Source: a virus (taxonomy: Duplodnaviria > Heunggongvirae > Uroviricota > Caudoviricetes > Herelleviridae). Taken from it: a DNA stretch of 38,676 bases. Both the position numbers and the translations under genes were made by a program. Below are positions 36,272 through 38,676 of the stretch, one piece after another. The stretch spans positions 123,923-162,598 of IMG/VR virus record IMGVR_UViG_2974632988_000001; one strand, written 5' to 3'. Positions within the stretch are counted from its first letter, which is position 1, and every line of letters starts with the position of its first letter. The notes beneath the pieces are model-generated. The model was not told where the DNA came from and searched no databases. It worked only from the letters and a program-made list of their open reading frames with translations.

Positions 36272-36403
36272 TCAGGAATATTACTTATTATTTATTTAAA
36301 AATTAATACTTTAGTCAGAATAAGAATTAAGGATATGTCAGATAAACCTTGATATATAAGGGTTTCTCAAGATTAAGGTAAACCTATTTCGTCAGGAAAA
36401 AGT

Positions 36404-36424
36404 TAAAATAAAATAGGGAATAGT
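36404..36424 (+). repeat. Repeat copy 3 (TAAAATAAAATAGGGAATAGT)
   Basis: Perfect 21-bp inverted repeat with 37297-37317. Confidence 0.85.
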
Positions 36425-36507
36425 TATTTTATTAGGAATAACTTGTACTCAGAAAAGATATACTAGGTAGTGTAAGATTTGCTTTAAAAAATAATTAGGG
36501 AATGTTG

Positions 36508-36536
36508 TTGACATTTAGGAAATAAGGTGCTATTGT
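36508..36536 (+). promoter_or_regulatory. SigA-type promoter of the HTH operon
   Basis: TTGACA-N17-TATTGT with a TGn extension. Confidence 0.8.
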
Positions 36537-36580
36537 AGATGTACAACAACAAATAAAAAGAAGAGGAGTGTCAAAATAGA

Positions 36581-36868
36581 ATGGCAAAAAAAGAACGAAC
36601 ACCTAAGAGATTGAAAAAATATAGAATGGATGCAGGGTATACAACGTATTCATTAGGAGACAAGTTGGGAGTAAGTTTCTCAACAGTAAGTAACTGGGAA
36701 GGTGGACTAAAGTTCCCAAGACAAGAAAAGTTAATGGAGCTAGAAGATTTATTCAAAGTAAGCTATAGAGAATTATTCGAGGATTTAACTGATGCAGAAA
36801 ATAGGGAACTGGAGTCAAAACGATATGGTTTATTAGAAAAGAAAAATAGGGTAGCGGAGGGAAATTAA
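36581..36868 (+). CDS. XRE/Cro-family helix-turn-helix transcriptional regulator (95 aa)
   Basis: LKKYRMDAGYTTYSLGDKLGVSFSTVSNWEGGLKFP HTH_3 signature; SD GAGGAG. Confidence 0.9.
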   Translation: MAKKERTPKRLKKYRMDAGYTTYSLGDKLGVSFSTVSNWEGGLKFPRQEKLMELEDLFKVSYRELFEDLTDAENRELESKRYGLLEKKNRVAEGN

Positions 36869-37267
36869 GTGTTAGAAATAACTGATATAATTTATATGTG
36901 TAATCATGGTCTTAGGGTGAAAGTGGCAAAGGATACGAGATATAGTACGAGATTGAACTTGGATTTCTTTGACTTCGATGTACTAGATTGTATTGATGAC
37001 GATACAGAAAAACTGTGGGTCATACGAGCGATTAATGATTTTGTTGTAAAGTTTACAGTGGATGTGAATTTAAAAGAAGCTCTAGACGAGTACAAATATT
37101 ATCCGTTTGACGATTTATTGATGTTAACAGTAGAATCGATTATACAAAACAAAATAAATGACTATGAGAACGTGAACGGAATGGCTTTTTCTAAGTTACT
37201 TGGAATACACATTGCTAACTACGTACACGGTTGCGCGCTAGAATTAGAATCTGGTCGCATAAACTAA
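36869..37267 (+). CDS. Acidic hypothetical protein (132 aa, GTG start), translationally coupled to the HTH gene
   Basis: SD GGAGG; GTG directly follows the HTH stop; Asp/Glu-rich. Confidence 0.75.
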   Translation: MLEITDIIYMCNHGLRVKVAKDTRYSTRLNLDFFDFDVLDCIDDDTEKLWVIRAINDFVVKFTVDVNLKEALDEYKYYPFDDLLMLTVESIIQNKINDYENVNGMAFSKLLGIHIANYVHGCALELESGRIN

Positions 37268-37296
37268 AAAGACCAGCCTACGAAACTGGTCTTTTT
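37266..37296. terminator. Bidirectional intrinsic terminator between convergent genes
   Basis: AAAAAGACCAG-loop-CTGGTCTTTTT. Confidence 0.85.
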
Positions 37297-37317
37297 ACTA
37301 TTCCCTATTTTATTTTA
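37297..37317 (-). repeat. Repeat copy 4 (inverted)
   Basis: Reverse complement is TAAAATAAAATAGGGAATAGT. Confidence 0.85.
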
Positions 37318-37548
37318 TTTATGCGTCACCTTGAAACTTAGGATATTCTGTGCAATTACGTACAACCACTCTCCTGTCATATCTGCTTTTGTGTTAACGT
37401 GGAATACTGGCGAACGACTACCACGAACTGCGTTACCGATTACTGCTTCCGGAGTATCTGCGATTCCTGCGGTAACAAAAGCATCCTCAGGAATGTATGC
37501 GATTACTCCGTTCATTAAAGTTACTTCTACGTCTTTTTTTATTGCCAT
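37315..37548 (-). CDS. Hypothetical protein (77 aa, start MAIKK)
   Basis: SD AGGAAG; operon continuation. Confidence 0.65.
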   Translation of the reverse strand: MAIKKDVEVTLMNGVIAYIPEDAFVTAGIADTPEAVIGNAVRGSRSPVFHVNTKADMTGEWLYVIAQNILSFKVTHK

Positions 37549-37563
37549 GTTCAACTTCCTTTC

Positions 37564-37890
37564 TTATTTTTGAGATAAACTGAAAATGTAACTGATGATA
37601 CCACCTAATACAACCATAAGGGCATTCTCAACCAACGCACGTTGTTTATCCGTACCCTTCTCGCCTCTTGTTTCTAAAGTTGTTAATTTTTGCTGTAGGA
37701 GGTCAATTCGGTAGAATAGGTGGGATTGTTTTTCTTCGTTGATTGCTGCGTTTTTGTCGATGTCTCGAACGATGTCTTGAATTTCCTCTAACACCTTTCT
37801 GATGTCTTCGGATTCTTCCGCATGTTCTTTCAGTACGTTTTCGATTTCTTTTAGTCTGTACTCGAATTGTTGTTGATTAGCCATGACCAA
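37564..37890 (-). CDS. Coiled-coil protein with C-terminal transmembrane helix (XhlA-like topology, 108 aa)
   Basis: Heptad-rich N-terminus; ALMVVLGGIISYIFSL hydrophobic tail. Confidence 0.65.
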   Translation of the reverse strand: MVMANQQQFEYRLKEIENVLKEHAEESEDIRKVLEEIQDIVRDIDKNAAINEEKQSHLFYRIDLLQQKLTTLETRGEKGTDKQRALVENALMVVLGGIISYIFSLSQK

Positions 37891-37905
37891 TCCACCTTTC
37901 TTATT

Positions 37906-38268
37906 TTATCTACTGAATGCTAAGAAACTTTTACTAACTGCGCCCTTCCCTTCCGTATGTACTTTCTGTTTAGAAATCTCCTTCAATATATCCAGACTTT
38001 CCTCGTCCTCTATCTGACCATATTGAGAACATGTATTAATTCCTATTGTAACAGATTTCTCCTTATCGAAAGTTATCTGTACTCGAATCCAATCACTTTC
38101 TGGAGTTTCTAGATATTTAAATTCATAGCTATTTAATAAACTTAAAGATAACAAACGATGAATTGTATACATATGGAAACTTGTACGATGACCATTCACC
38201 ATAGTATCAATAAGTTCACATAGTTCGTTCTTTACATCCATATTACTTGGATTTCCTGCGGGAATCAT
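37906..38268 (-). CDS. Hypothetical protein (120 aa)
   Basis: SD GGAGG; overlaps the upstream gene. Confidence 0.65.
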   Translation of the reverse strand: MIPAGNPSNMDVKNELCELIDTMVNGHRTSFHMYTIHRLLSLSLLNSYEFKYLETPESDWIRVQITFDKEKSVTIGINTCSQYGQIEDEESLDILKEISKQKVHTEGKGAVSKSFLAFSR

Positions 38269-38554
38269 TTTTTCCTCCCCCTTTCTCCTTATTCGTTGTT
38301 AACGACGTAACTACAACTGTAGACATGACACCGTTTTTGAATGCTATCGTCTCGTACTTGCCACCGCTAAACAGTACGATATCTGCTATAATAGAGGTAT
38401 AGACAATTGTAATAAACATGACAGCCTTTACAGTCGGAATAATTAAGCGAAAAATAATACCTCGATGAAGAATGGAAGCAGTAATGTACGACATATAAGA
38501 CGCTACGAGGTAGAAGATTAGGGTAAAGGCAATAGACAGCACGAAATACACCAT
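38243..38554 (-). CDS. Small multi-pass membrane protein (103 aa)
   Basis: At least two hydrophobic segments; SD AGGAAGAGG. Confidence 0.65.
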   Translation of the reverse strand: MVYFVLSIAFTLIFYLVASYMSYITASILHRGIIFRLIIPTVKAVMFITIVYTSIIADIVLFSGGKYETIAFKNGVMSTVVVTSLTTNKEKGGGKNDSRRKSK

Positions 38555-38588
38555 TGTAATTACCCTCTTCCTAGAGATTTATCAGTAC

Positions 38589-38596
38589 TAATATAG
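38589..38596 (-). promoter_or_regulatory. Putative late promoter -10 (TACTATATTA)
   Basis: Recurrent motif inside a 9-bp inverted repeat. Confidence 0.5.
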
Positions 38597-38676
38597 TACT
38601 TCGTACTGATATTTTTTGGATAACTACTATATTAGGGTAGTACCAAAAAATTTCTCAAGTGGAGGTAGAGTAGCCC

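Noticed and set aside
35309-37317. 17-21 bp repeats as a CRISPR or mini-array, or as IS terminal repeats
   Set aside because: Irregular spacing (154-943 nt), mixed orientation, no cas or transposase gene, and no target-site duplication recognised.
1-38676. tRNA genes, group I introns or homing endonucleases, which are common in this phage family
   Set aside because: No cloverleaf/TTCGAATC-type T-arm in intergenic DNA, no interrupted ORFs, and no HNH or GIY-YIG motifs recognised by eye; tRNAscan-SE/Infernal would be decisive.

Overview
Almost the whole window is the minus-strand virion morphogenesis module of a large contractile-tailed (SPO1/Twort-like, Herelleviridae, most likely Bastillevirinae) Bacillus phage. 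Read from high to low coordinates it runs: small membrane/hypothetical genes, portal, prohead protease, acidic scaffold, major capsid, neck/head-tail proteins, tail sheath, tail tube, an inserted ~4.8 kb accessory island, tail assembly chaperone pair, tape measure with a C-terminal GH73 glucosaminidase, NlpC/P60 tail lysin/hub, a 2023-aa spike/fibre, an S74-chaperoned fibre, and baseplate genes (truncated at position 1). No tRNA, rRNA, CRISPR array or intron was recognised. The most interesting non-structural signals are: (1) in the accessory island, a secreted 3D-domain (YocH/Sps-like) gene preceded by a perfect triple WalR box, and next to it a Rok-like (xenogeneic silencer) gene; (2) a 17-21 bp repeat in four copies that brackets, as an inverted repeat, the only plus-strand genes (an XRE-HTH protein plus an acidic partner) beside a ~1 kb AT-rich non-coding region, which also holds a candidate anti-Shine-Dalgarno sRNA; (3) a probable +1 frameshift at ACC_UUU_CGU in the tail chaperone; (4) a hydrophobic-x-K|S protease cleavage code across the head proteins. 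All family assignments come from manual motif recognition, not database searches.
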